A DNA stretch of 64,000 nt from an uncultured Candidatus Rokubacteria bacterium (lineage in GTDB: Bacteria > Methylomirabilota > Methylomirabilia > Rokubacteriales > DASRDR01), in the NCBI GenBank assembly GCA_963805625.1, contig CAWDVE010000010.1, forward strand, positions 32,001-96,000. The letters run 5' to 3'. Positions 1 through 11,388 of this stretch are shown here, piece by piece. The notes below the pieces were generated by a model, which saw only the letters and a program-made list of their open reading frames with translations, did no database searches and was not told the origin of the DNA. A program made the position numbers and the translations under genes. Position 1 is the first letter of the stretch, and each line of letters starts with the position of its first letter.

Positions 1-67
1 AAACAAAACCAATGCTGTTATAGCAGGTGCGCTACCTTCAGAATCTGCACCACCTTCGACGGTAGGC

Positions 68-565
68 ATGTTTGATAAGATACTGGGAAAAGCAAAGGTG
101 AGCTACAAGGAGGGACTGAGGTTATCTTTCCGGGAAGGGAAACACGCTGAAGCGATCCCCTTTTTCGACCAGGCAATTGACATCGATCCCTCACTAGCTT
201 ATATCTGGCATGACCGGGGTGTCTGTTACCGGGAGCTCGGGAAGGATACCGAGGCCCTCCGCAATTTTGACAAGGCCGTGGAACTTTCACCGGATGATGA
301 GGAGTTTTTGTTTTCCCGCGGTGAGCTTCTCAAAAAGATCGCGATCCTGCGACAGCGGCGCGACCTCCTTGAATCAGCGATCCAGGCCCTGAACCGGGTA
401 GTGGAACTGAATCCGAACCAGGCAGAAGCCTGGAACAGCCTGGGGGTCCTTTCAAAGGAACTTGGAAAAGAGTTGTTATCACGCCAGTATTATGAAAAGG
501 CCAGGGAATTGATCAGACTGGGAAGAAACCGGAAAAAAACCCGGAATCCGGAACTGCTGGTATAA
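68..565 (+). CDS. Small tetratricopeptide-repeat (TPR) protein
   Basis: 165 aa ORF with TPR consensus repeats (AYIWHDRGVCYRELGKDTEALRNFDKAVELSP; AEAWNSLGVLSKELG). Confidence 0.85.
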   Translation: MFDKILGKAKVSYKEGLRLSFREGKHAEAIPFFDQAIDIDPSLAYIWHDRGVCYRELGKDTEALRNFDKAVELSPDDEEFLFSRGELLKKIAILRQRRDLLESAIQALNRVVELNPNQAEAWNSLGVLSKELGKELLSRQYYEKARELIRLGRNRKKTRNPELLV

Positions 566-796
566 CCGATAAACCTACCTGTAAATATCCTTTTATAAAT
601 AACCGGTATATGAAACCGACCTTGCCCTGATGTGAAGGTATCGACTGTCTCCCATTTGGGCAGCCCGCATTGTTCCTGATATCGGCATCTTTGTATCAGT
701 ATCTGTCTGCCATAAGTTACGATCCCGTGAATTTGCGGCAGGGTTTTTATGTATTCATTATTTTTCAACCCATTACGGAAAAATTGATAAATTTAT

Positions 797-1245
797 GGCT
801 CCGTGGAAATCCTACACTATATTTTCTCAACACTCTTTTATGGGCTGTGGCACGTAATGCTTCCGCCCCCGCCGCTGTGGCACCCCCCTAGAGCAATTAC
901 TCCAGAGAAGGTAATACAACATCATCGCAAAGCGCAGGGGCGGTTCGGGGGGACAGGCACTGTCCCCTCCGTAAATAGGTACTTTGCAATTCGTTGAAAA
1001 CTTAGAGTTTCCCATCGAAAGATTGCCAGCCAGATGGCCAGGTTTAAATACTTCGATCGGGAAGTGCCAATCCCGCAATTGCGATGACCTGCGCCGCCCC
1101 CGAAGGGACGCCCCCGCGGCGCTTCAATGTGCCTGAAAACTCCACCCTGGCCTCTCAAGAGCCTGTTACGGATGCCAGTCGTACCTTCACACTTTTTCAT
1201 GGTTGGGTGAGACCCATTCCCGTTCATGCCCGTTTCTACAGAGCC
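797..1245 (-). mobile_element. MITE-like composite element, copy 1 (449 bp)
   Basis: Inverted termini GGCTCCGTGGAAAT (797) and GTTTCTACAGAGCC (ends 1245). Internal modules are shared, reverse-complemented, with 23646-24074 and 53757-54284. Contains hairpin A at 1091-1122. Confidence 0.75.
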
Positions 1246-1529
1246 AAATTATGTTTGCGAAAGTGATGATAAACAGCACGTGGAGTCGGTACCAGAAACT
1301 TTGATTTGATCAATTTGCAAAAAATGAGTGTTTTTTTCAGTTTCAGCATATATTTTATGAAAAAATAAGAGAGAAATAGAGTGCAATCCTGAGTTCAAAC
1401 CGCAAAGCTTAAAAGAGGATGGAAAGCAAGCGCTTATTAGCGAATGAGTATTAAATCATGTAGGTTGAGATCATCTCAAACCGTGTTTGTTCAGATCGAA
1501 GAATATGCAGTTTATTTGGAGTTTTATTC

Positions 1530-3119
1530 ATGAATCTCAGACAACCAAACGCAAACGAGGCAACCGGAACGGTGAACCGTTCAAGATCTGTAGCTCCGTC
1601 ATCGGGTATCTGTACCCGGTGCCTTGACGGGTGTAAGGGCAGTTGCGAGATCTGGTTATCCACCTTCCGGGGAAGGGAGGTTTTGTACCCGGGCCCATTC
1701 GGTGAGTTGACAGCAGGTGCCGATAAGAACTACCCGATTGATTACTCCCACCTCAGCATACAGGGATACGCAGTTGGTGCACAGGGACTTCCCGAAGGAG
1801 TCGAAGCCAGTCCGGATACAGCGCTCTTTTCGAAGGTAGATACCGAAACTGAGTATGGATGGGACAAGAAAGTCAGGATGCGCCTTCCTATCTTCACCGG
1901 CGCCCTTGGATCAACCGAGATTGCCCGGGTAAACTGGGAGCACTTCGCCATCGGTGCAGCGATCTCCGGTATCACGATTGTCTGCGGTGAAAATGTCTGC
2001 GGTATTGATCCTGGACTGAAACGAGATGCAAAAGGAAAGGTAATCGAGTCTCCCGAGATGGATCGCCGCATCAACATCTATAAAAAATTCTATGATGGCT
2101 ATGGTGAGATGCTTGTCCAGATGAATGTCGAAGATACCCGGCTTGGAACTGCAGAATATGTGGCAAGCAAGCACAATCTTGATACCATCGAACTCAAGTG
2201 GGGTCAGGGAGCCAAGTGTATCGGTGGCGAGATCAAGGTCAAGTCTCTTGAACGGGCAATCGAGCTTAAGAAAAGAGGTTACATCGTACTACCGGACCCG
2301 ACCCTGCATGAAAACCAGGAAGCCTACAAGGCAGGAGCCATCAAGGAGTTTGAACGGCACTCCCGGCTTGGTTTTGTTACCAAAGAGGGATTTCTGGAAG
2401 AGGTGGATCGTCTCCGTGATATCGGGTTTAAACGGGTAACTCTGAAAACCGGAGCGTACTCCATGGTCGAACTCGCCATGGCAATCCGCTACAGTGCTGA
2501 AGCCAAAATTGATCTCCTCACCATTGATGGAGCAGGTGGCGGGACCGGTATGAGCCCGTGGCCGATGATGAACGAGTGGGGTATTCCCACGTTCTACCTG
2601 CAGTCGCTTGCGTACGAATTTGCCTGCAAACTGGACAAAAAAGGCTACCGTGTGCCGGATCTGGCGATGGCTGGCGGAATCTCCGACGAACCGGGGGCGT
2701 TTAAAGCACTCGCAATGGGAAGCCCCTATTTCAAGGCAGTCTGCATGGGCAGAGGACTCATGATCCCCGGTATGGTGGGCAAGAATATTGAGAAATGGAT
2801 CAAGGAAGGTGACCTTCCCAAGTCTGTCTCCAAGTACGGCAATACCATCGAAGAAATATTCGTCTGCTACGAGGAACTTAAAGAGAAATTTGGTCCCCGT
2901 ATCAAGGAGATCCCGATGGGTGCAGTCGGTATCTATACCTATTCACAGAAATTCAAAACCGGTCTCCAGCAGATTATGGCAGGGAGCAGGAATTTCCGTC
3001 TCTCGACAATGTCACGGGATGACCTGATGGCACTCACTCCGGAGGCTGCAGAAGTATCAGGTATCGATTACGTCATGAGTGCCAGGTATGATGAAGCCAT
3101 GGGCGCTCTGCTCGACTAA
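1530..3119 (+). CDS. FMN-binding glutamate synthase family protein (GltB FMN-domain paralog)
   Basis: 529 aa; IELKWGQGAKCIGGE and LTIDGAGGGTGMSP motifs; N-terminal CTRCLDGCKGSC cysteine cluster. Confidence 0.9.
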   Translation: MNLRQPNANEATGTVNRSRSVAPSSGICTRCLDGCKGSCEIWLSTFRGREVLYPGPFGELTAGADKNYPIDYSHLSIQGYAVGAQGLPEGVEASPDTALFSKVDTETEYGWDKKVRMRLPIFTGALGSTEIARVNWEHFAIGAAISGITIVCGENVCGIDPGLKRDAKGKVIESPEMDRRINIYKKFYDGYGEMLVQMNVEDTRLGTAEYVASKHNLDTIELKWGQGAKCIGGEIKVKSLERAIELKKRGYIVLPDPTLHENQEAYKAGAIKEFERHSRLGFVTKEGFLEEVDRLRDIGFKRVTLKTGAYSMVELAMAIRYSAEAKIDLLTIDGAGGGTGMSPWPMMNEWGIPTFYLQSLAYEFACKLDKKGYRVPDLAMAGGISDEPGAFKALAMGSPYFKAVCMGRGLMIPGMVGKNIEKWIKEGDLPKSVSKYGNTIEEIFVCYEELKEKFGPRIKEIPMGAVGIYTYSQKFKTGLQQIMAGSRNFRLSTMSRDDLMALTPEAAEVSGIDYVMSARYDEAMGALLD

Positions 3120-3377
3120 CTATAACGTCGGGATAACATCTGCAACAGGGAGATCCCCAAACAATTTTTTTTAAAAAAATCAGGATAACAGAACCTGTTT
3201 ATCCGGTCGTTGACAAATGGATGAGAGCTGGTCTCCCGTTTGTTTTGTGTTGTCATCGATGATTAATAACCGTTTTTTCGAGAAAAATTGTAGAGGGAGA
3301 CAATAAAATGCACGATCGGATATCTTTTCACGGATATGGATACTCGTGGCATTTCAGAACATGCTCCCGTGTAAGCA

Positions 3378-4451
3378 CTATCTTCCTTTCTGCCCGACTA
3401 TGGTAAATGACTCCAGAATCTGATGGGTAATCTGCGTCCCGAGAGTCGGCTGGATGACTTCGAGCCAGAGAAAAAAACCTACCTTCGGCGGTGTCGGGCG
3501 TTCAAATTTGAAATGACCGTCTTTTGCCTGGATCATCTTATGGTACTCCTTCTTCTGTCGCGAACGAAGGTAGATGATCAGTTCATAGCCGGGAAGATCG
3601 GTTGCTATGACTGCCTTTGAATAATATTTTGAAAAATCTTCAAATTCGATTTTCTTACTTTTCACCGACAATCCATAGGTGTCACACAGCAATTTGACAG
3701 ACTGCGGAAACAATCCGCCATAGAGTACCTTTTTGACGATCTGGCCTGTCTGGGTTGTGATTTCGGGATGTTTTCTTCCCCCTCCCTTTGATACATCAGC
3801 GAAAATCCGGGTGCGTACTTCGTCATGATAGCGCTTGTAATCAAACGGGTTTTTCATCGGGAACGTGGTTGCTGAAACCAGCTTGGGATGATTTTCCGGG
3901 TTGTTATAGATGATCCTTGGACGATAATGCTTCAGGACTGATTTGATCTCCTCACAGGAAGTAGTGTGGATAATCGCATTGGTCTTATCTTTGGCAAGCC
4001 GTTTAACCACCGAATAGTTGGACAGGTCAAAGGATGAAATAAGGAGAAAGGGGGTGATATTCTGACCGTAAAGATACCCGAGAAGACGCTTCTTGAATGC
4101 GATCTCTTCTTCAAATTCTTTGAGATCGGAAGGGGATGTCACTACCTCAGCAAATGCTACGTGGTTATCTGCATCAACCAGAAGCATATCGAATTCCGCG
4201 AGATCCTGCCCATTACCCCGAATGGTAATATCTCCGTATTTTGAATAGAAAAGGCCGTTCTGGCCGAGTTTTACATCCTCTCGTTTTCTTGGGGCATCGG
4301 CACCTTTCCGTGCAAGATATTTTATCCGGTCCGATTTTCTTGAAATATCGAGAAACATCTCGTACACGATTGCTTCAAACCACCGTCCTTCAGCAGTCCG
4401 CATCGGTTCAATATCCGGAGAGAATAGTTTTTTTCGCTCGATCTTGTTCAT
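3378..4451 (-). CDS. Hypothetical protein, possible PD-(D/E)XK nuclease-like fold (start uncertain; ORF open to 4730)
   Basis: Long ORF with G-x-W-F-E helix followed by AEFDMLL...AFAEVVTS strands. Confidence 0.6.
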   Translation of the reverse strand: MNKIERKKLFSPDIEPMRTAEGRWFEAIVYEMFLDISRKSDRIKYLARKGADAPRKREDVKLGQNGLFYSKYGDITIRGNGQDLAEFDMLLVDADNHVAFAEVVTSPSDLKEFEEEIAFKKRLLGYLYGQNITPFLLISSFDLSNYSVVKRLAKDKTNAIIHTTSCEEIKSVLKHYRPRIIYNNPENHPKLVSATTFPMKNPFDYKRYHDEVRTRIFADVSKGGGRKHPEITTQTGQIVKKVLYGGLFPQSVKLLCDTYGLSVKSKKIEFEDFSKYYSKAVIATDLPGYELIIYLRSRQKKEYHKMIQAKDGHFKFERPTPPKVGFFLWLEVIQPTLGTQITHQILESFTIVGQKGR

Positions 4452-4685
4452 GTGCCGCGTGGCATTAAGCGCGATGGCTGCATTTGGTTTAAAACTTTTA
4501 AAATTGAGAGAGAGCCACGGAATCATGATACACAGTATAGATCTTCTGTCATGATTGTAAATAACAATCTGTTTTCGTCTTAATAGATAGTTATATATAG
4601 CATAGAAAGATATTGCCTTCGTACCCTGAGTATGTGTAAAAACACATGACAAGGGGGAGAAGGAAATCGAGGGGGGTCTTGAAAA

Positions 4686-5039
4686 ATGCCAAAAGTCAAG
4701 AAAATAACCGGCATGGCTCCGTTGCCGCAATATATAATGCCGGATGCTTCGGAACCTGAATACGAGCTTATCCTGGAACAGCTGCAGGACTATCGCCAGT
4801 CGTTGATCGGCGCCTCATATTATTATATCAAAGCCGGGGATGATCGCTGTTGCCTGTGCCGAATCGTTCACGGCGGGGGCAAGGTCTTTTTCCACGAGCT
4901 GGTGGATCACAGCAGGCATGGCATCAGTGATGATGACATTGAAGAGTCCGTCCGGCTGGATACCGGTTCTTTTTCCTTACCGGGGTATTACCCAATCTCG
5001 CCGCATGTTGAACAAAAGCTGCGTATTTTATACGATTAA
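4686..5039 (+). CDS. Conserved-looking hypothetical protein
   Basis: 117 aa ORF with protein-like composition; TATA-like TTATATATA near 4592. Confidence 0.6.
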   Translation: MPKVKKITGMAPLPQYIMPDASEPEYELILEQLQDYRQSLIGASYYYIKAGDDRCCLCRIVHGGGKVFFHELVDHSRHGISDDDIEESVRLDTGSFSLPGYYPISPHVEQKLRILYD

Positions 5040-5103
5040 TCCATTTTTCAGGATTACAAAGCAGATCCGGACTGATGAGAATATATAAGAGGGGAGTGAC
5101 TGG

Positions 5104-5628
5104 ATGGTGCTGACAGGCAACCAGAATGACGGACCCGTGACAAAAGCGGCAAAGGAATCTCTTGAGACCGGTAATGCCAGTCGTATCCTGATCTGGATCC
5201 CGGAAGAATCGGAAAATACCCTGAAAAATCTATTGGAAAGAGCCTGCTGCGCACGCTCTACCCGGCAGGATGGGTGTAATCGTACTGCTGAATGGTATTT
5301 TGAGACCGTCAACCGCCTCCATGCTGCGAGTCACGGATTGAATAATCTGAGCATTTCTACAAAAACACCGGAAGAAAAAGCGATAATCCTGCTGGTGGAA
5401 GGAGCATGTGAGAGTGGCAATTTTGAGGATATTGCCACACGTATACCAGACACTCCTGCCGGAGAATTGCGACAACGTTTCGAAGACCTTATGAAAAAGA
5501 GAAATAGTTATTGTGAGGAAAATTGTGTTGCTGGTCGCATGTACGTTTCAGCGTTTGTTGATTTCATCACTTTTGTGAATAACCTTCATTCAGGATCTTC
5601 TGAGAATCAGGTAAATCAGCGGCATTGA
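5104..5628 (+). CDS. DUF6448-like protein
   Basis: DGPVTKAAKESLETGN..ILIWI and YFETVNRLH motifs; GGAGTGA RBS upstream. Confidence 0.65.
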   Translation: MVLTGNQNDGPVTKAAKESLETGNASRILIWIPEESENTLKNLLERACCARSTRQDGCNRTAEWYFETVNRLHAASHGLNNLSISTKTPEEKAIILLVEGACESGNFEDIATRIPDTPAGELRQRFEDLMKKRNSYCEENCVAGRMYVSAFVDFITFVNNLHSGSSENQVNQRH

Positions 5629-5657
5629 AAAAATTATTCGGTTGATTTTCCTGAAAA

Positions 5658-7204
<1,547 letters not shown>

Positions 7205-7402
7205 TATACACCTGCTTTTTTTAGATCTGCATTGGGAACTGTGATGCATTTGACCTTTTGGATCCGAAATGCCATTTCATGTGTGGTTTTCCAATCCGGT
7301 CACCTGTGCACCGCTAACCGATCCCGATGCCGGATGAAAAGTCCGGGAAATCAGCATCAGATATCGCGGTCCAGGTAGCGTAATCATTTTGTTTTGTTGG
7401 AA

Positions 7403-7428
7403 GGAAGTTGTATTCCTATATTTATAAA
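7403..7428 (-). promoter_or_regulatory. NrpR-type operator GGAA-N6-TTCC (7403-7416) directly downstream of TATA box TTTATAAA (7421-7428)
   Basis: GGAAGTTGTATTCC exactly matches the euryarchaeal nitrogen operator consensus, upstream of amtB-glnK. Confidence 0.85.
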
Positions 7429-7473
7429 TTTAACTACAGAATCGAAAAAAAATTTCAAAAAAACAAATACTGT

Positions 7474-8670
7474 TCAGGCACGCTCACCATGCTGACAGAT
7501 ATCGAGGCCGACATACTCTTCATCTTCAGTGACCCTCATCCCCAGGGTTCGATCGATAACAAATGCAATGCAATAGGTCATCACAAAAGCAAATATGAGT
7601 GCTGCAACTGCGCATACGGTATTTACTGCAAACTGCCAGGCATTGCCTTCAACCAGTCCGGAAATTCCGCCAATTGCTGCCGCCGCAAAAATGCCGGTAG
7701 CAACGGTACCCCAGAGACCACCCATTCCGTGAATTGCCCAGGCATCCAGACTTTCGTCACATTTTTTCCTGACCCGCACGAGCATCATTCCATAACAGAG
7801 AACACCCGCGACACCCCCGATAAGAAGGGAAACCAGCGGGGTGACAAACCCGGCAGCCGGAGTTATTGCCACCATGCCGGCAATGGCGCCGCTTACCATA
7901 CCCAGTGAACTGGGTTTGCCATGATACCAGCCCGCAAACATCCATGCCAGAGCACCGGCAGCGGCTGCCGTGTTTGTTGTGACGAATGCGTTGACAGCAA
8001 CACTGTTTACTGCAAGAGCACTTCCCGCATTAAAACCGAACCAGCCAAACCATAACAGGGCAGCGCCGAGAAGAGCCATGGGGATATTATGGGGTTCCAG
8101 TGCATATTCCCCGAATCCTGCCCGGTTTTTTATCACCAGAGCAAGAGCAAGAGCACCAAAACCTGAACAGATCTCGACCACGGTCCCCCCGGCAAAATCA
8201 ATGAGTCCCAGCTTCGATGCCCATCCGCCACCCCATGCCCAGTGTGCAAGCGGACAATAGACAAGAGTGAGCCATACGAGAACAAATACAATAAATGAGG
8301 AGAACTTGATGCGTTCGGCAACTGCCGATGTCACGATGGTTACCGTAACTGCAGCAAAAAAGAGCTGGAACACCATAAAGACAAGGGGGGGATAGGCTCC
8401 CGATCCTGCATCTGCACTGACCCCGTTAAGCCCTACAAAATCGAGGTTACCGATAACTCCCCCGATATCCTGACCAAAGGCAAGAGAATACCCGATCAGG
8501 ATCCAGTGCACACTTACAAGTGCAAGGACAACAAACGAGAGGGCAATCATCGAAATGAAATTCTTCTTCCTTACCAATCCGCCATAAAAAAACCCGACAC
8601 CAGGGGTCATCAGCATCACCAGGATTGCAGAGACCATAAGCCAGGTCGTAACACCGGTATCCAAAGCCAT
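7474..8670 (-). CDS. amtB: Ammonium transporter, second paralog
   Basis: [25 protein letters not shown] and [14 protein letters not shown] motifs; GGTGA RBS. Confidence 0.95.
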   Translation of the reverse strand: MALDTGVTTWLMVSAILVMLMTPGVGFFYGGLVRKKNFISMIALSFVVLALVSVHWILIGYSLAFGQDIGGVIGNLDFVGLNGVSADAGSGAYPPLVFMVFQLFFAAVTVTIVTSAVAERIKFSSFIVFVLVWLTLVYCPLAHWAWGGGWASKLGLIDFAGGTVVEICSGFGALALALVIKNRAGFGEYALEPHNIPMALLGAALLWFGWFGFNAGSALAVNSVAVNAFVTTNTAAAAGALAWMFAGWYHGKPSSLGMVSGAIAGMVAITPAAGFVTPLVSLLIGGVAGVLCYGMMLVRVRKKCDESLDAWAIHGMGGLWGTVATGIFAAAAIGGISGLVEGNAWQFAVNTVCAVAALIFAFVMTYCIAFVIDRTLGMRVTEDEEYVGLDICQHGERA

Positions 8671-8887
8671 TATTTTCACCGTTGACAGCTTTTTATGTAC
8701 TGGCGTCACTCCGGAAGTTGGACCAGTCCGCTACCCGTCTGGAAGTACCTGAAGGTCCACGGACCCGGGTATCGTTTTGGTATACCTTACGGTCATCCAA
8801 CCTTTTAACTGTGCCAGAATGATCGACAGTATGTTTACCGGATTACAAGTCCGTACATTGCCGATACATTAATGTAAAAAATTTTGA

Positions 8888-10214
8888 TCAGTATGTTGCA
8901 AGATACCTGTCAAGTTCCCAGGGATGGACTGCAAGCCGGAAGGAATCGGTTTCCATCTGGGCAATACTTGAAAGATTCGTTACAACATGTTCACCGAGCG
9001 TCTTACAGAGCACTTCATCCTTGACGAGCATTGCATTGGATTCCATAAGGCTGCCCGGCAGCATATCGATATGGAGTCGCTTCCGGGCTTTCTCATCGAG
9101 ATGATAGATATTGGTATTCGTGCTTTCAGGTGGCATAACCTTGTTCCTGATACCATCCAGTCCGGCTGCAAGCATACAGGCAAAGGTAAGATACGGGTTG
9201 CACATCGGGTCCGGGCTGCGGAACTCTGCCCGGGTGCTGTTACCCCTTGCTGCCGGAACGCGAACCAGCGCGGAACGGTTGGCTGCACTCCAGGAGATGT
9301 AACAGGGGGCTTCATAACCGGGGACAAGGCGCTTGTAGGAGTTGATTGTCGGGTTTGCAACACGGGTAATCGCCTTTGCGTGTTTCAGGATACCGCCGAT
9401 ATAGTACATTGCGGTATCGGAGAGTCTGGTTTTCTCCATTGGGATCAAAGAATGCATTCTTCCCGTTTCTGGCCAGCGATCCATGGGTGTGCATACCGCT
9501 GCCATTGATGCCTGCAATCGGCTTTGCCATAAAGCTCGCGTGCAAACCGTACTGCAGCGCGATTGACTTGGTTGCAAATTTGAAGGTAATAACCCGATCT
9601 GCAGTAATGAGTGCATCACCATATTTAAAGTCAATTTCATGCTGGCTGTCAGCGACTTCATGATGGGATGCTTCTATCTCGAATCCCATATCACTGAGTG
9701 CAAGGACAACATCGCGTCGGACATCCTCTGCAGAATCGGTAGGGGCGAGATCAAAATACCCCCCGCGATCTTCAAATTCTGTTGTCGGAACTCCCTCATA
9801 CATTTTAAAGAGGAAAAACTCGAGTTCAGGACCGGTATTAAACGTGAATCCCATCTTTGCTGCTTCAGCAATGGTTTTTCGCAGGATATAACGAGGATCT
9901 CCGTCAAACGGTTTGTTTCCATAGGTCTGGACGTCACAAATAAACCGGGCAACCTTCCCCTCCTGGGGTCTCCAGGGAAGGACCGCATACGTTGACGGGT
10001 CTGGTTTGAGCATCATGTCGGATTCTTCAATGCGGGCAAATCCTTCTATGGATGAGCCATCAAACCAGATACCCTCAGTAAGGGCTTTTTCTGCCTGAAT
10101 AACCGGAATCGAGACGTTTTTCGGCTGACCCTGGATGTCAGTAAACTGAAGTCGGATAAATTTTACCTTGTCCGCTTCAATTTTTTTGAGGAGTTTTGTT
10201 ACATCTGCTGACAT
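8888..10214 (-). CDS. glnA: Glutamine synthetase type I, split by a +1 frameshift near 9425 (probable sequencing artefact)
   Basis: [33 protein letters not shown] and [13 protein letters not shown] motifs; removing one base in AGTCT (9423-9427) joins the two ORFs as ENQLSDTA. Confidence 0.93.
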
Positions 10215-10217
10215 ATT

Positions 10218-10248
10218 GGAAGACATGTTCCACCCATTTGTATTTATA
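10218..10248 (-). promoter_or_regulatory. NrpR-type operator GGAA-N6-TTCC (10218-10231) plus TATA box (10241-10248) of glnA
   Basis: GGAAGACATGTTCC; minus-strand TATAAATA just upstream. Confidence 0.85.
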
Positions 10249-10335
10249 CTTATTCAACCAATCTGATTGAACGAATGTTCGCTAGTGCAATGAACATATG
10301 TTCATCAGTACAACATCATTCTGTATTGTGATAAT

Positions 10336-11388
10336 ATGTGTGGTATTATAGGTGTCCTGGATAAGCGCCGCGAGAGCGTGGATGGTGCAAAAATCAAAGA
10401 GGCACTCTCCATGATGAACGAGCGGGGGAGTGGTGAAGGAGCCGGTTACGTAGCGTATGGGATCTATCCTGAATACAAGGATTATTTTGCGCTGCATGTT
10501 TTTTTTGACAATATCCGTGAAAACAAGGCTGCACTCGATACGCTCCTGGAGAAATGGGGTACCATCGTCCATGATGAACAGATCAAAACGTACGAACAGC
10601 CCAATATCCGGAAAGTCCATACCCCGTGGCGTTATTTCTTCCGTCCTGACAGGAGCCTGATGCCCAAAAGTACCACGCCCGATGAAGATATTGTCACCCA
10701 CCTTGTCATGAAAATCAACGCTGAAAAGAACGGGGCCCTCATCTTCTCATCCGGTAAAAATCTGGGGGTATTCAAGGCTGCAGGCTGGCCCGAGGATGTT
10801 GCCGATTTCTACCGGATCCAGGATTACCAGGGATACCTCTGGCTGGCGCATAACCGGTACCCGACCAATACTCCCGGCTGGTGGGGAGGAGCGCACCCGT
10901 TCAATCTCCTGAACTGGAGCGTCGTTCACAACGGGGAGATCACCTCGTATGGTACAAACCGTCGTTACATTGAAAGTTACGGGTATAAGTGCACCATGTT
11001 TACTGACACCGAAGTGGTAGCCTACCTCGTGGACCTTCTTATCCGTAAACACGGTCTCTCGGAAAAAATGGCAGTCCGGGCACTTGCCCCCCCGTTCTGG
11101 GAAGATATCGACCGGATGCCGGCAAAAGAACAGGAACTCAATCGTGCGATCCGGCTGGCCTATGGATCCGCACTCATGAATGGACCGTTTGCCATCTGCG
11201 TTGCCAATGAAAACACCCTTGTGGGATTTACCGACAGGATCAAACTGCGTCCACTCGTAACCGGTGAACTTGGCGACCGGCTCTATATTTCCAGCGAGGA
11301 AGCAGCAATCCGCAGGATGGAACCGGATGTTGATAATATCGCCATGCCAAAAGCCGGCGAACCGGTTATCGGGAGGGTCATCGCATGA
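10336..11388 (+). CDS. Glutamate synthase amidotransferase domain protein (Ntn GATase, GltB1-like)
   Basis: MCGIIG N-terminus; AHNRYPTNT, HPF and VVHNGEI motifs. Confidence 0.92.
   Translation: MCGIIGVLDKRRESVDGAKIKEALSMMNERGSGEGAGYVAYGIYPEYKDYFALHVFFDNIRENKAALDTLLEKWGTIVHDEQIKTYEQPNIRKVHTPWRYFFRPDRSLMPKSTTPDEDIVTHLVMKINAEKNGALIFSSGKNLGVFKAAGWPEDVADFYRIQDYQGYLWLAHNRYPTNTPGWWGGAHPFNLLNWSVVHNGEITSYGTNRRYIESYGYKCTMFTDTEVVAYLVDLLIRKHGLSEKMAVRALAPPFWEDIDRMPAKEQELNRAIRLAYGSALMNGPFAICVANENTLVGFTDRIKLRPLVTGELGDRLYISSEEAAIRRMEPDVDNIAMPKAGEPVIGRVIA

Noticed and set aside
925-970. Group II intron domain V/VI remnant (CGGTTCGGGGGG followed by a hairpin)
   Set aside because: No 5' GAGC/catalytic-triad arm of domain V and no bulged A in the following hairpin
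8888-10226. glnA, nrdD and ftr as true pseudogenes or programmed frameshifts
   Set aside because: Both halves are fully conserved, there are no slippery sites, and all breaks share the AGCT insertion signature
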